A DNA stretch of 64,000 bases from Lama guanicoe (Eukaryota): NCBI GenBank assembly GCA_013239625.1, contig MU054212.1, positions 8,065,412 through 8,129,411 on the forward strand, in the 5' to 3' direction. Positions within the stretch are counted from its first letter, which is position 1; each line of letters starts with the position of its first letter. This document shows positions 26,791 to 39,282 of this stretch, in pieces. The translations under genes were made by a program, and so were the position numbers. The notes under the pieces are model-generated. The model saw only the letters and a list, made by a program, of their open reading frames with translations, was not told the DNA's origin and did not search any database.

Positions 26791-27300
26791 TTTCCCTGGA
26801 TTAAAATTAAAATTAAACCCCAATTTAATGAAGATGACAGTGTGTAAGCGCCTGAGATGTTAAATAATAAAAATGCCGCAAAGCTATGGTATAAGAAACC
26901 AGATTTTAAACGAATGCTTATTTGGTACTGTTTAATTACAAAACCTCATGTATGAGATTAAAAATAGAATTGTATGAAACCTAAAAGTTAAACTGGTAAA
27001 TTATCCACAGATTCTTAGTAAGCATAAGGTAAGAAATTGGGGAACAAGACTTGGTATGAACAGCATCCCCGTAACTTAGCAAGAACACGCTTTGCAGATC
27101 GGTGGATAAACACAGACAACGTGGAGAGGATGGAGGACATCACGCCTGGGTTTTACAACGCTCGTGATGCCTGAAGAAGGGACATGATACAGCAGAATCG
27201 GGAAACATTCACAGTTTCTACAGTATCATACAAGAAAAGAAATGGCTGGCTGGAACAACAAGGTTTTAGGAGTGAAAAGACAGAAGGTCGCACAGACCAA

Positions 27301-27362
27301 GGGGAGATCACGATGGCAGAGTAGGAGGGCATGGAGCTCACCTTCCCCCCCCCAAAATAAAA
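27301..27362 (+). mobile_element. Isolated L1 5'-terminal (promoter) fragment
   Basis: GGGGAGATCACGATGGCAGAGTAGGAGGGCATGGAGCTCACCTTCCCC resembles the laurasiatherian L1 5' end (GATCAAGATGGCGGAGTAG..GGAGCTCACC, YY1 motif). Confidence 0.6.
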
Positions 27363-27719
27363 TGGGGTACGAGAGAGTGACTATCTTACAATAAATCATA
27401 GCTTCGATAGCACTTGAGAAGTCACCAAACAGTTAAAAGAGTAAACATGGAAGATCAGCCAAGGACAATATGCTTTGAATGAGGTCAAGCAGAATGCAGA
27501 ATTCGCCTAAAGAATTCATCAAATTGTAATTCTAAGATTCTCTGTTTAGTGATGACGTCTTACCATCAAGCAATGATAAGCTGATTCTTAGTCATTTTCA
27601 TCTCATTATGAATAACTGTAAATGTTAAACTGTTGTGTTAATTTGTTTCTAGATGAAGGAATATTTTTAAGACCAGCAGCTGCAGAAAGGGCTACAGATT
27701 GAGAAATTAAAGCTACTAT

Positions 27720-29440
27720 AAAATCTGTATAAGCTCTTCTGAGCTTCGGAATTACATTTAAGACACCCACTAGTCATCTCCTGGGGATCCCTTGGGCACC
27801 TCTGACTTAACATGTCCTAAACTGAACTCTGTATCTTGTTCAATATTCCATTGCTTCATCTCAAGTAACAGTTCCACCAGCCACTCAGACTGAGAATCTC
27901 TCTTTTTTTCATCATTTTTCCTCTTCGTCACCAGTTTTCCTCCGGGTCACAAAACAGGCTAGCCTTCTGGCTGATATTCCAAATTCTGGTCTCTCATTCT
28001 CCATTCCGCACTGTTGCCCAAGCCATCATCCTAAAAACAAACGCGATCATAGGCACTTTCCCTAATACCGTTTTTGGCTCCCATCTGCCTGCACACTCCT
28101 GTGAAGTAAGACATTTCTTATCTCACACATACATATTCATTTGTAAATAATACAGATACACAACTACTGTATTAATATATTGTACACATAAGAAAACAGC
28201 ATAAAAATTAAAATTTTAAAGGGTGAGATAAAGATGAAATATACATTATTTTAAACTGTTAATGGTAGATAAAATATTTTGTTATCACTAAAATGTTATT
28301 TAACGAGAGTAACGTGGTTGAAGATGCTTCGTAATTTCCAAAAAGGTCTATTACCCTGTGATAAAACAACTTAAAATCGGGTTCTAAGCGCAGCTTATTT
28401 CAACGTTGAGTTTGCTGGGTGTCAGAGTTGTGGAGTGCATTTTACGAAGAATCCCATATACAAATAGAGGAAATGTATCATTGGATGGGCTTCTGAGATG
28501 ATAATACTCATTTTTCAAAATTATCCACCAATTTTGCAAGGGCTTTTCTGAAAACTCACGAATGCTTCTACGACTTATGTTATCTTTAATCTTTCTAAGT
28601 CATTTATCCATTCTGTGAGGCTTAGACTAGTCAAGCTAGACTACATACATAAGTCCACTTAACCAAGTACACATAAAATGCTAGTAAGTTCCAGTTGCTT
28701 TCAGAATTAGAAAGGAGGTTAGGGACAGACCACCCCCTCCTCCTTTCCATGTTGTGTTGTGGATACCAACCCTTCCGTCAAAAATTCTTTGCACCTGATA
28801 AGTCCCTCTGTCTGTCTGACATTCAAACTAAGCAAAAGCACCGATGCCAATCCATCTGTTACCAAGTCCTTTCCTCTATCTTCAGACAGATATGCATGTT
28901 TCATACTTCCCTCCCACACCCTGGTGTAGCATCTCACAGAATCCCAGAGTGTTCTCACCCGACTTTGGAGACCACTGGCCAATGTATTATATCCAGACAT
29001 CTCAGCTGGACACCCCAGCCCTTTCCTAGTCTACCCCAGCCACGTCTTCATTCCCCACAACTCACCCTTGAGCCACACTGAACTTCTCACCATCCTCTGA
29101 TCATAACTCTGATTTATCTCTGACCATATCTTTGCCTTCGCTTTTCCCGCTCTAGAATACTCTGCCCACACACTCCGCCTCACCCTAAATCATCTTCACC
29201 TGGTACACTCTTCTTCAGCCTTCAAGACCCAACACATAGGTGTGCCCTTCTCTGATGTTCCCCCTCACTGTCCAGTGTTCTCTTACCGTTTTATCCATAC
29301 CTTTTTATACCCCTCAAGCTGCATCACACACACTTTCCCTGTGCTGTAAGTCCGCTGAGACCAAAGACCATTTGCATAACCACAGGCACCTAACCCGGTG
29401 ACTGCCCGGTAACAGGCGTCACAGAACTATTTGTTGGATA
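27720..29440 (+). mobile_element. L2 LINE split by a Charlie element
   Basis: L2 motifs at 27720-28100 (AACATGTCCTAAACTGAACTC) and 28990-29440 (TCAGCCTTCAAGACCCAAC plus a 3'-end-like stretch). Confidence 0.65.
28110..28980 (-). mobile_element. hAT-Charlie (Charlie7-like) transposon relic with decayed dimerisation domain
   Basis: Minus-strand translation of ~28560-28370 gives EFSEKPLQNWWIILKNEY..., then after a frameshift NKLRLEPDF. This resembles the Charlie transposase C-terminus (W..LK.EY..L...RNKL.LEPD). Confidence 0.7.
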
Positions 29441-31609
29441 TGTTACAAGTTAAAAAGAAGGAAGCGATTTTAAAATTAGAAAAGCCAAATAGCAAACTTC
29501 TTTTCAAGAATCAAAGCCCATGAAAAAGAAGATTCGGAGGAGGCATAAGGAATCAATTACCTAATATTCTTACACTGGTTGATCAACCCATGGACAGGAT
29601 ACAGGAGAAATGCAAAGAAAATGCATTGGCAAGGCCATCTTTAATAAATCAAAGCTAGCTTTCAATCCAGCAGAAATTGGCTAAACTGTCTCCCAAGGGA
29701 TCCCAAGCTGAGATGATGATGGTCCCATCGGTCCCCAGAAAGTCATTTGGGCTCCATGCTGCTGCCACAGAAAACTTTAACAGATTGCATCTCTTGGCCT
29801 CAGACACTTCATCCGTTAAGGGATAATTAATATCAACAAATTAATTCATTATATCTGCTGCCATTAAAATGTGCTGTGATAAAAATACTGAATACAGAAA
29901 CAGCTGATACTTCTATGGCTGTGCTACACCTCTTCCAATTAGTGTATAGGAATATATCTGCCTAATTTATTTCTTTGTATATGAGGGGTTTTTTTGATAA
30001 TATTCTATAAACAGACACCTTTATCACACAATGGCTTTGTAGGAGCCAAGGTAACATTTTGCTATTTCGATGCACATTAAACATAGTCTGTGATGTATAC
30101 ACCGATAAATATTATATAACAAGCATGTTTTCTCTCTGCCATTCTATATTATCTTCCAGAGGCAGTAGTTTTCGCTAGCAGTCATCCCTAGAAATTAGGA
30201 CTTGGATAAGTCATTTAAGCTCTCTCTGTAACTTCTTCTATGAAATAATGATACTTTTTAGCTAATTCACAAATGTTTACTCATAAGAGCTCAGACTATG
30301 CTTTGAACGTGGCAATGTTTTTTATTCTCACATTTACTCAGTAACTAGACACCAGAGTCATCACAAGACTCTGTGATCCCTGTGAAGCTGTCATCTTCTG
30401 CCACCTTTTCCACTCATCTTGATAAATGCTATCATATCCTGGTAATGAACACTTCCATCTCAGTCGTACGTGGTATTACTGATACATTTATAAGTGGTTC
30501 ACTGTAGCGTATCCCTTGAGGTTATGATTTATACTTAGAGCAGTATTACAGCTTAGCAAGGACTCTGAGCCAAAAATAAATCAGATAAAATGAAAAGCAT
30601 TTGAGCAAACAGTTTAAAATATTAATTGATAAACTGCCTCTCCTTTTTAATCCCCAATGTTAGATACTTGTGGAAATGTGTGATTGCAGCTTTTAGAACA
30701 TTAGCCTTAGGAAAAAGATACTGGTGTTATATAAAAATTTTGGGGGGAAGAGTTTTATGAGAGGTAAATATTTTAAAAGGGCTATCACTGATGGATGTGT
30801 ACAAGATAACATAAAATTGTTGAGATTAAAGGCGCTATTGTGCCCAAGAACATACTGTAACACCTTGTATCTGTATAGCATTTTAAAGCTTACAGCATTC
30901 ATCAATACTTTATCTTTTTTAAGCACATGAAGTGTTGAGAGATATAGGAAGCAAGTTTAGTTGACAGAATCTCTGCTCTTTGGAGAAAGAAGCCCAAAAG
31001 CTTATTGAAAACCATGATTATTTTTTTCACATTGATATGACTGATTTTTCAATTCAAGGCTACATTTCAGCATTCCCTTGAAGACAAGAACATTCTTTGT
31101 CAAAGGCGTAATTCAGTCAGTCATAGGAGAAACATGGGGCAATTTGATCCAGCTGAAAAATTTCATTCTTCATAGATACACATTCATTCCTCAAGTAGAG
31201 AGTGATCATCAGAGTCAGCAGAATTAGTAAATGTGTTTGTGTTGATGTAACCTTACTTACTTACTGGTTGGTGTGTTCCCTGGGGGTATAATCAAGATGG
31301 AAGCTATGTCCCAGCCCTGGTGTGGCAGACAAGTTTGGATGATCAATGGAATAGACTGACTTTGACTAAATCATAAGGTGACCGTGACAGGCAGAGAGAC
31401 AATTTCCCACTTTTAAGTGTCTATATAATAATATTGTATCATAAAATCAATGTTGATGTTTCTCCAAAGACTCCACTCACAACTGGGTACCTTACTCAGA
31501 CTGGTCATCTGTGCTCACCCTCTGTATAACTAAAATGTTTCAGTTTCATTTTATCCCTCATCCTCCTAAGTAGAATGGATCCCATGGTGGACATCACTCA
31601 TACTCCCTG

Positions 31610-31900
31610 AGATTTCTATTACCAGTCCTTCTGAGGACCTGCCCCCTCAAAGTTAGGTAACCACCATGTCACCTCCTTTGACTGGTGAGGTGAATGACAG
31701 CATTTAAGTTCTCCCACACTCTCTTCCATTGTGCTCGTGTAGAGGTCACAGGAAGAAAGCAGGCTAGAATGATGAGTCGCCATGAGGGCTGCCCTGGACA
31801 CTTTGCTTTGAGCAGGAAATTAATTTTTGTTGCAGGAAGTCCCTGAGATTTTGGTGGTGTTTGTTGCAGCAGCATAATCTAGCCTGCCCTGAGGGATGCA
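31610..31900 (+). mobile_element. MaLR (MLT1-type) LTR
   Basis: Ends CCCTGAGATTTTGGTGGTGTTTGTTGCAGCAGCATAATCTAGCCTGCCCTGAGGGATGCA, a typical MLT1 3' terminus. Confidence 0.7.
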
Positions 31901-32164
31901 GTCTCTCACCAGCTCAACTCGCCCTGCTCACCATTTTTGAAGCGGCCCAAAGCTGCATATGTGGCTGTTAGGCCAGTGAGTTGTGTAGTTGGCCCCAGTC
32001 ACTGTTGAAGGAAAGTCTCACGGAAATATCTGGGAGCAGCAAGAAGGTAGGTGGGACAATCAGAATCACACCCCTGCCAGGTCCTTGAATTACCCCTGAG
32101 GGCGTCCCAGTGCGAATAACCATCTTGATTTATTACTGAGGATGTATCAGTTTTAGGGAAGGGG

Positions 32165-32470
32165 AGAGGGGTTAAATTTAGGACACACTGAAACTTCTAG
32201 GCTAGTGGGGAATTCAGTAGAAATGCCTAGCAAGTAACTGGTAATCCAGAAATGGGTCTTGGAAATGGGTAGAGAATGTGGGCATAGATTCAGAAGTAAT
32301 CTCCACACACTTGAAAGTTGAACATAAACTACGAATAAAATTTCTAAGGGAAGTGACATGAAGTGAGAAAAATAAAAAGCCAAGAAACAAGTCTTCAGAA
32401 ACAATGATACTTGAGGGGGTGGAAGAGAGAGGAGAAGCAAGGAAGGGAAATATGAGAACTCTGATGACAA
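32165..32470 (-). mobile_element. L2 fragment
   Basis: Purine-rich L2 antisense pattern (TTTAGGACACACTGAA...AGTAGAAATGCCTAGCAAGTAACTGG). Confidence 0.55.
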
Positions 32471-32929
32471 TACTCATTCATTTTGAGAGCTAAGAATACC
32501 AGATCTTCATTAATACATTCATTTAAATTTAAATTTCAAGGTTTTTAATGAGGATAAAAAATGTACTCCTCTTTAACAATCCATTTACTCGCTCGGATAT
32601 TAAAATAGATTACCCAGCCGACAGGCAACTGGACATTATCTGTAATGAAAAGCAAAATGATTTTTTTTTAATTCAGTGTCCCAGAACTAATTTATCAAGA
32701 CTTAAAGTTTTGCCGAAGAAACAGAAGAACTTTTAGACATGTATGATTTGTTCTGAATTGTAATCATTCTTTTACTCAACAAACATTCTACCCTTCTGGC
32801 CAGTGTTAGGTGCAATGGGCATGCAGTCATTTTTCTTGGGCCGGCTGCCTCATTCCCTGTGCCCACACACTGCTCCCCCTACTGGTATGGTGGACTTACT
32901 GCCACCTTTGCTCCTGTAAGGATGACCAC

Positions 32930-33290
32930 AGGGGCTCATTGGCTAGCGTCTGTTAAACCCTAGGTATGCATGCCAGGCACTACACTAGGTGCTATAAATG
33001 GATTTTCTCATTTCACCTTCAAAATTGAAGTGGATATTAATATCACCCCTATTTTACCGCTGTGGAGTCTTACATGTTAAGAAACTTGCCTAAGGTCACA
33101 AAGCTATTAAATGGTGCAGTCAAGACTCTATATAGGCTGACCAATACCAAAGAGGCTGCTTTGAGCCTTGCTGCTCGAAGCGTGGTCCTCAAACCAGCAG
33201 CAATGATGATATTGGCTCAGTCAGAATTTGGTATTAACAAGGTCCCCAGGTGATCCCTCTGCACATGAAAGTTTGGGAAGCACAGGGTTG
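32930..33290. mobile_element. MIR (32930-33130, minus) followed by MER5-like relic (33175-33290)
   Basis: TGCCAGGCACTACACTAGGTGCT, AACTTGCCTAAGGTCACA (MIR); TTAACAAGGTCCCCAGGTGAT, AAAGTTTGGGAAGCAC (MER5). Confidence 0.65.
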
Positions 33291-33378
33291 TCACTCCACT
33301 AGACAGACTTCACTTTGAAGGGCTCCGGGGAGATGGGAACCACCTTTCCCCTGAGGTAAAATTTTAGGGGAACAAACA

Positions 33379-33403
33379 CGTGTGTGTGTGTGTGTGTGTG
33401 TGT
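33379..33403. repeat. (GT)n microsatellite
   Basis: About 12 GT units. Confidence 0.9.
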
Positions 33404-33829
33404 CCATTGGCAAAAGGAAGGATTCAGACAACAGGTTGCGGTTTCAAACACTGGAGGTCAGCAAGGGTCTGGCCCAGTCTCAAGAGCAGCAGATACTGAG
33501 CTGGGTCTTGAAGCCAGAACATTTTCTCAATTCATTTCATTAAAACTAGGTGCTCTTCCAAATGGACAAGTGCCCACATCAATAATCTGGAGTTAGCCTC
33601 TCCAGCCTGCATTCCATTTTCCAAATAGAATCCAAGTATCAACCGCACGGACAAGCAGATTTGAAACCTCAGTAGAACTTGGTATTATTTATTACATAGT
33701 TTATCATATTGCTCAGCTTAAAATTGACTAGTTTAAAGAATAATGTGCCTAACAAGACAAGTTTTCTCCTCAGTATCAACTGCTCCCCAGGTATGGGTGC
33801 TTGGTGTAAAAAGCGGATGCAAGCCGGCT

Positions 33830-35660
33830 GGTGTGCCCGTCCCCGGTTACAGGTACTTAATTCAGGGTGCGGCGTCGCCTCTTCCAGCCCCCTTTGAAGC
33901 GGCGCCGGCCCGCATCCTTCTCGGGTGCGGCCCAACAGTTCAGCTCCTTTCACCGGATGGCACTTTATTGCTTGTCACCAACTCACCCTAGCTTCCTAGG
34001 GCCCTAACCAGCGTGCCACCTTCCAACTTATCCGCGGAGACCTACCCTGGCCTCTCGTCGGCTGCGATCCCCACCCGCACCCCGCACCCCCAGGAAGGGG
34101 TGGCGCGGGCAGCGCTCCCTCGGGTGGACCAGCCGAGCGGCGGCGGTGGCAGACGGCGAGTCACGTGTGGCGGTGGGGGCGGAGCGCGGCCGGCCGGGTG
34201 GGTGGAGAAAACAAAGCCCCCAGCTGTCAGTCGAGGAAGGAGGCGACAGCGCCGGAGCAGGTGAGTCAAGTGCATTTAAAGCGATACCGCCCTGGCGCAC
34301 CCCGACCCCCCCAGCTCTGGCGCAGTCCCTCCCAGGTCGGGCGCGGGCCGCGCCTCCTCCCGCCGCCGGGGGCTGCAGTCTGAGCCCGCGGGACCTGGGG
34401 TCTCCGAGCCCAGCAAGAAGTTGCGCAGGGTCGGAGCCGCGGCCCCCGGGTGTGCACCCGCTGGCCTCCCGCGGGCCGCATCCCTGCTTCGGGGCCCCAG
34501 CGCCGCGCACCCCAGGAAAGGGGAGGGAATCAAGGCTGCCACGCTGGCAGAGGCAAAGTGGACTGGCAAGGGAGGTGAGAGCCGGGCTGGCCAGGACAGG
34601 GACACTTGGCCCTGGTGAAGGAGGGGGTCTTGCGAGTGCGCGCCCGCGGCGCGCGGACCTCCAGGCGCCAGAGTCGGGGCGCCGGCACTGAGAACCGGGG
34701 GCGCCGGCAGGGCTGCGCGCTTCGGACAGACCAGGAAGTGCAGCGCGCGGGCGCCGGCCGACTGGGGCCCCAAAGCTTGGACCCCCGGCCCTGCTGCCGC
34801 CCCCAGGGCTTCTCCTCCAGCAGGGACCAGCCCCACCTCTCCCCACGCGGACTCTGGCTCCGGCTCGTGCTCCCGGGCGCCCGCAACGCGGGAGCCGGAC
34901 GGGTGGGAAAGAGAGCGTGTTATCATTCTGAGCCCAAGTGGTTCTTCCGCAGGGAGCACCCTGCTCAGCAACTCCTCACGGTTTCCGTAAGAAATTCTTT
35001 AGTTCACCCTTAGGAGGGCTGGGCCGTGTCCAGAAATCCCACAAAGGGCGCGCAGGAGGAATGGGCACAGAAAGACCCTCCCCTCTGGACCCGGAGCGCT
35101 CGGTAACGCAGACTTTCAGACGCCAAAAGGGCCTGTGGGCTTGGTCGCCCCTTGAGTCCCTCTGCCAGTCCCGTGCCAAGGGCCGCCCAGTGCAGAGGGC
35201 AGAGCTGTAACCACGGGGGCAGGGTGGCTGCAGCCATTTGATCGGGAGCGCCTTTGTCTTCTGCCAGTCCGCGCTGGGTCAGTAGCGCGCGGAGTAATTA
35301 ATATTCCGACCATTAGCCGCCCCTTCACCCGGCCACCAGCCAACACTGCTGTCCTCTCCCTGCCGGCTTTCTCCATCACTTGCGCACGTCCTTGCCTCTT
35401 CCAAAAACATGGAACGTGGTCCAGACCTGCTAGGCAAGACGAGGTCACTAAACGCACTATAGTGCAGTCACGTAAAATCAAGGGTTAAGTGTTCAAACCT
35501 GCACCCGCCCGCCCGCAAGGAGACGGAAGAACTTTCTTGATTAGCATAGTATCTGGCCTGGGGCCGCACTGCGAGGCGCGGTTCGGTCCCGGCGAGGTGA
35601 AGCGTGCAGTCCCGTCTCTACTGAGGTTTGACGCAGCACCTGCTTCTAATCTGAAGGACC
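33830..35660. promoter_or_regulatory. CpG island / TATA-less promoter region
   Basis: Abrupt switch from AT-rich, CpG-poor DNA to very GC- and CpG-rich DNA. E-box CACGTG at 34162-34167 and GC box GGGGCGGAG at 34176-34184 lie just upstream of a strong splice donor. Confidence 0.92.
34185..34260 (+). other. RAI14: Probable non-coding first exon (5' UTR) of a + strand gene; identity tentative (RAI14 from recollection, unverified); 5' boundary approximate
   Basis: Lies inside the CpG island, downstream of the E-box and GC box, has no ATG, and ends in near-consensus donor GAGCAG|GTGAGT. No coding exon is recognisable in the following ~30 kb. The gene name rests only on my memory of the RAI14 5' UTR and its long first intron and needs BLAST confirmation. 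Confidence 0.5.
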
Positions 35661-36137
35661 CGAGCCTTACAACTTTGCCGGACAAGACACTGTGGAATGA
35701 AACAGAACAGAGATCAAAAGGTAACCGAGAGAACAGCAACATTTGAGATGCTTCGCTTAGGCACTAAATTTAGCTAAGTTTTTAGCAAGCCAAGGAGGCG
35801 GGTGGGGGTGGGGTCCTTGTCTAGCCAGTGCCCCTTCTGGAAATGCCCCCTTGCTTTGCTAGCGTTCTTCGCTGTCAAATTAATCAAGATATCGGTTAGG
35901 AGCTGTCAGTAGATCTCCAAGGTAGGAAGTTTGGGAGCCCACAGAGTGGTCCTTAGGTAAGCTCAACTGGCAGGTTTCACTTGCGTGGAAAGGGCAATAC
36001 TTATTCAGTGCAAAGGTTCCCAAATTTTGCTGCCTGGAGAGCCTTGAAAAATCCTGACGTCCCTATCTCATCCCAACCCATTTAAATCAGACTGTTTTGA
36101 GATGACAGCCAGGCATTCATATGGGGGGTTGTTGCTG

Positions 36138-36139
<2 letters not shown>

Positions 36140-36199
<60 letters not shown>
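36140..36199. repeat. (GT)30 microsatellite
   Basis: Uninterrupted GT run. Confidence 0.98.
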
Positions 36200-36201
<2 letters not shown>

Positions 36202-36486
36202 GAACCAGTGAGGCAAGGGCAGAGTTCAGTGGCCCGCAGCTGCAGGCGTTGCAAGACAGGATGCCAGTTTAACTACCTGGGTGGGTGGGGAAACCATGCT
36301 GAAACTGGGGTGCCGCTGACAAACGCCTTTGGGCGGAAGACTGTCACCTGGCAGCTTGGCTGGCAGTGATACCTGCCACATCATTCTTCACCCTCTCTGC
36401 CTAAGGTCTGGCTCTTATTGGAAAGATCCAACTTCACTGTCAGTGGCTGGTTTCTGCATGGTTGTTAAGGAGACGGGTAGAAACTT

Positions 36487-36566
36487 CATTCCAGTGGTGA
36501 CTCACGTGGAGCAGACAGTGGGGAAACCCAGCAGAAACTAACTCGGAGCAGTCTGGTGAGTCAGCA
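36487..36566. promoter_or_regulatory. Candidate intronic enhancer core
   Basis: CATTCCA (TEAD) 36487-36493, TGACTCA (AP-1) 36498-36504 overlapping CACGTG 36503-36508, kB-like GGGGAAACCC 36520-36529, TGAGTCAGCA (MARE/ARE) 36557-36566. Confidence 0.55.
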
Positions 36567-38677
36567 AGCCGTTCTCCAAGGCGGATCCCGGGAATAGGAA
36601 GTAATTACATCCAGGAGCTTATTGACATGCACTGTTGCACTCCTTTGAAAGCCCATTTGAATATCTGATCAGGATCTGTCTGCTAGTGTGAGCCACTCCT
36701 TTTTCCAGCACCCTAGTCTGCCCGCCTCATATAATACTGTCTCCCAGAAGGGGAAACGCAAAGCCACCTGTCTAGACATCTTATAATTTCCTTGATGGGA
36801 GGCATATGAAAAAACTTGGAGAAGTGTGAACGGGTTTGGATTATTTCAATTATGTGAAGTAGAGAGGGTGCATTTGTAGTAGGTAAATTCTGAATACCAA
36901 ACAATCAGATAACTGTGATTACACATTCCAGAGTGGATTAAAGGATCTATTTTAGTAGAAATGGTTACATCCAATATTTTACAAGAAGTGTTGTGTTTGC
37001 TATTAACCAAAAGTTTCTTTTTAAAAAAAATCATCCTCAAGGCATGATCAGAATAAGAGAGCCTATTTAAAGATGTACACAGTTTCTTAAATACTTATTT
37101 TTATGTTACTACTGACTTCAATTTTCATACCTCTGATGTCCTCATTATTCCCTATATCACCATGACTCTCTTGCTTAAATGCTTTCTTCCCATTTCTGGG
37201 TTTCTTTAAGGGGAACAACCATGCCTGGCACATAGCAAGCATTCACCGTCATCAACTATTGAACTTTGAGCCTCTCATAGAATCTCTGTACCTTGCTTGG
37301 TAGTCTATGATCTCGAAGGGGCCTTTAAGTCTGCACCCCCCCACCCCCTGCATAGCAGAGAGCACAGGCCTTTTGTGTTTATACTGAACATTATCAGAAG
37401 GTGGGGGAGCATTTGTACGCAAAGCATCCTGGGTACACTCATTTTTACTTTTTTCCAAAATAAATTATTCTGGTTATGTAGGAACCAAAGTTCTGTTACA
37501 GTTCATAAGAGCTATAACATGGTAGCTCATTTGTTCAATTCCAAGCGTAACTACTAATTTCTAATACTTAACTACACTCTCATGGATCAAAGCTTCACGT
37601 CACGAAAATTTCACTTTCTACCCATTTCTATGGGGGGAGAAAAAAACCACAATTAACCATGTGGATGTGTAGGTTGTATAATGCCTATGCTGACAGGATA
37701 AGGAATGAGTTCAAGTGAAATTAACTCTCCTCCCTTATCATAATCTAGATTTCACTAATTTTTTTACTAAATACATTTGTTTGACAAAGTGTGTGTCATA
37801 CATGTATCACTTGTAGTTTTCTCCAAAGTAATTGGATTTACTATTTTTTTTTAACCAGAATAGGGACTTCATAATTCTCAAATGCTTAAACAAGGACAAA
37901 ACACTCAAAAGCATTTTGCTAGCAGGCAAGACTTGGTTCTAACTTAGGATTGATTATAAACATCATGGCAGGAATGACTTGGCATTTGAAGTCAGCAGAA
38001 ACGAAAAATAAGCAAGAAAAGGCAGCTGGAAAATGAGGCAATTCCTCTTTTTTTGCTAAAGTATCTGAACCTCTTTATTGGCTGTCATACATAAAAGTGA
38101 AATCAGAGGACTAGATGACCCTCTTTAAAAGCTGGTAAAGACTGCTTTCAACAACTGATAAGCAAGAGGAGAGAAAGTGCCTACAACCATCTTACAGATT
38201 TCTTCCTTCCTTCCAAGATAATCTGAAGTCCAGTCAACCAGCCAAAATGTGATGTATTAAGAAGAACCTCTCAGGATTCTGAGAAGTCACTGTCTCCATT
38301 TTCCCACTGAGCATCCTCAGCTCTTCAGAAGAGGGAAAGACAGTGAACTAGAAGAAAAACCTTCCTGTTTTGTGCCACCTAGTCCTTCCCCAGAAGGAAA
38401 GCTACTGATACAAGACTCTTGTTAGTTTCACTTCCCGTTTGCCCTCTATCATGATTTTTTTAAGTGTGATCTTTCTGGGCACAAAACTCCTAAAAGGAGT
38501 TTCCGTGAATTAACAGCAGGAATAGCCAAGTGCTCCATGTGGTACTGGCAAACTCAGAAAGCAATTCCCTGCTGGAATGTTTAAACAACACTGTCAGTGG
38601 GTCTGTTAATTCTCCATCCTGGCATCTGCTCTCTTAGCACTTAAATGTGAGTTAGAACCTAGGATATGCTTTTAGCA

Positions 38678-38917
38678 ATGGTTGCCGGATAAAATACAGA
38701 ACACCCAGTTAAACCTAAGTTTCAGATGAATAATGATTTTTTTTTTTTAGTATAAAGCTCAATCTTCCATATATTGCATGGGATATACTGAAAAAAAACC
38801 TTTTATCTAAAATTCAGATTTAACTGGGCATCCCATCTTTTTGGAGGTTGTTGTTTGTTTAAGGTTTTGTTTTATTTTTATTTCCTCTTTTGGTTTTTGC
38901 TAAATTTTGCAACCTTA
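38678..38917. mobile_element. MER53 palindromic hAT MITE
   Basis: GGTTGCCGGATAAAATACAGAACACCCAGTTAAA ... TTTAACTGGGCATCC ... GCAACCTTA, with internal inverted symmetry. Confidence 0.85.
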
Positions 38918-39282
38918 CTCTATCCCTTGATAAACCTCAAAATGACTAACTTCCCTGGTCTGTAAAATATCTGATCTGAGAATATACTTGTGGGAAAATA
39001 AAATGTCTGTGCTGCCTTCACCAGTTAAAGGGAAAAATCAAACCATTATCTGAAGTTTTCTGCACAGTTTGCTTAATTAGGAAGAGAAAGAAAAAGTAAA
39101 GCCAGATCTAGAGAGTTAGTTTTTTTATTTTTTTAAATATTCCAAGGTACCTCCTATTCTTTCACAGACCTTTTAATAAAACAGATACATCAACAGGTAA
39201 ATTGTTAGCTGAGGTTGGGTAACATGAGAAACCCATCAACCACGTCCACAGGTCATCTTGGATCAAAGTTCAACCTCAGGTG

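Noticed and set aside
34013..35481. Long overlapping ORFs (272, 231, 181 and 135 aa) on both strands
   Set aside because: They are Pro/Gly/Ala/Arg-rich and open in several frames at once, as expected from stop-codon depletion in a CpG island. No recognisable domain, and they read through the splice donor.
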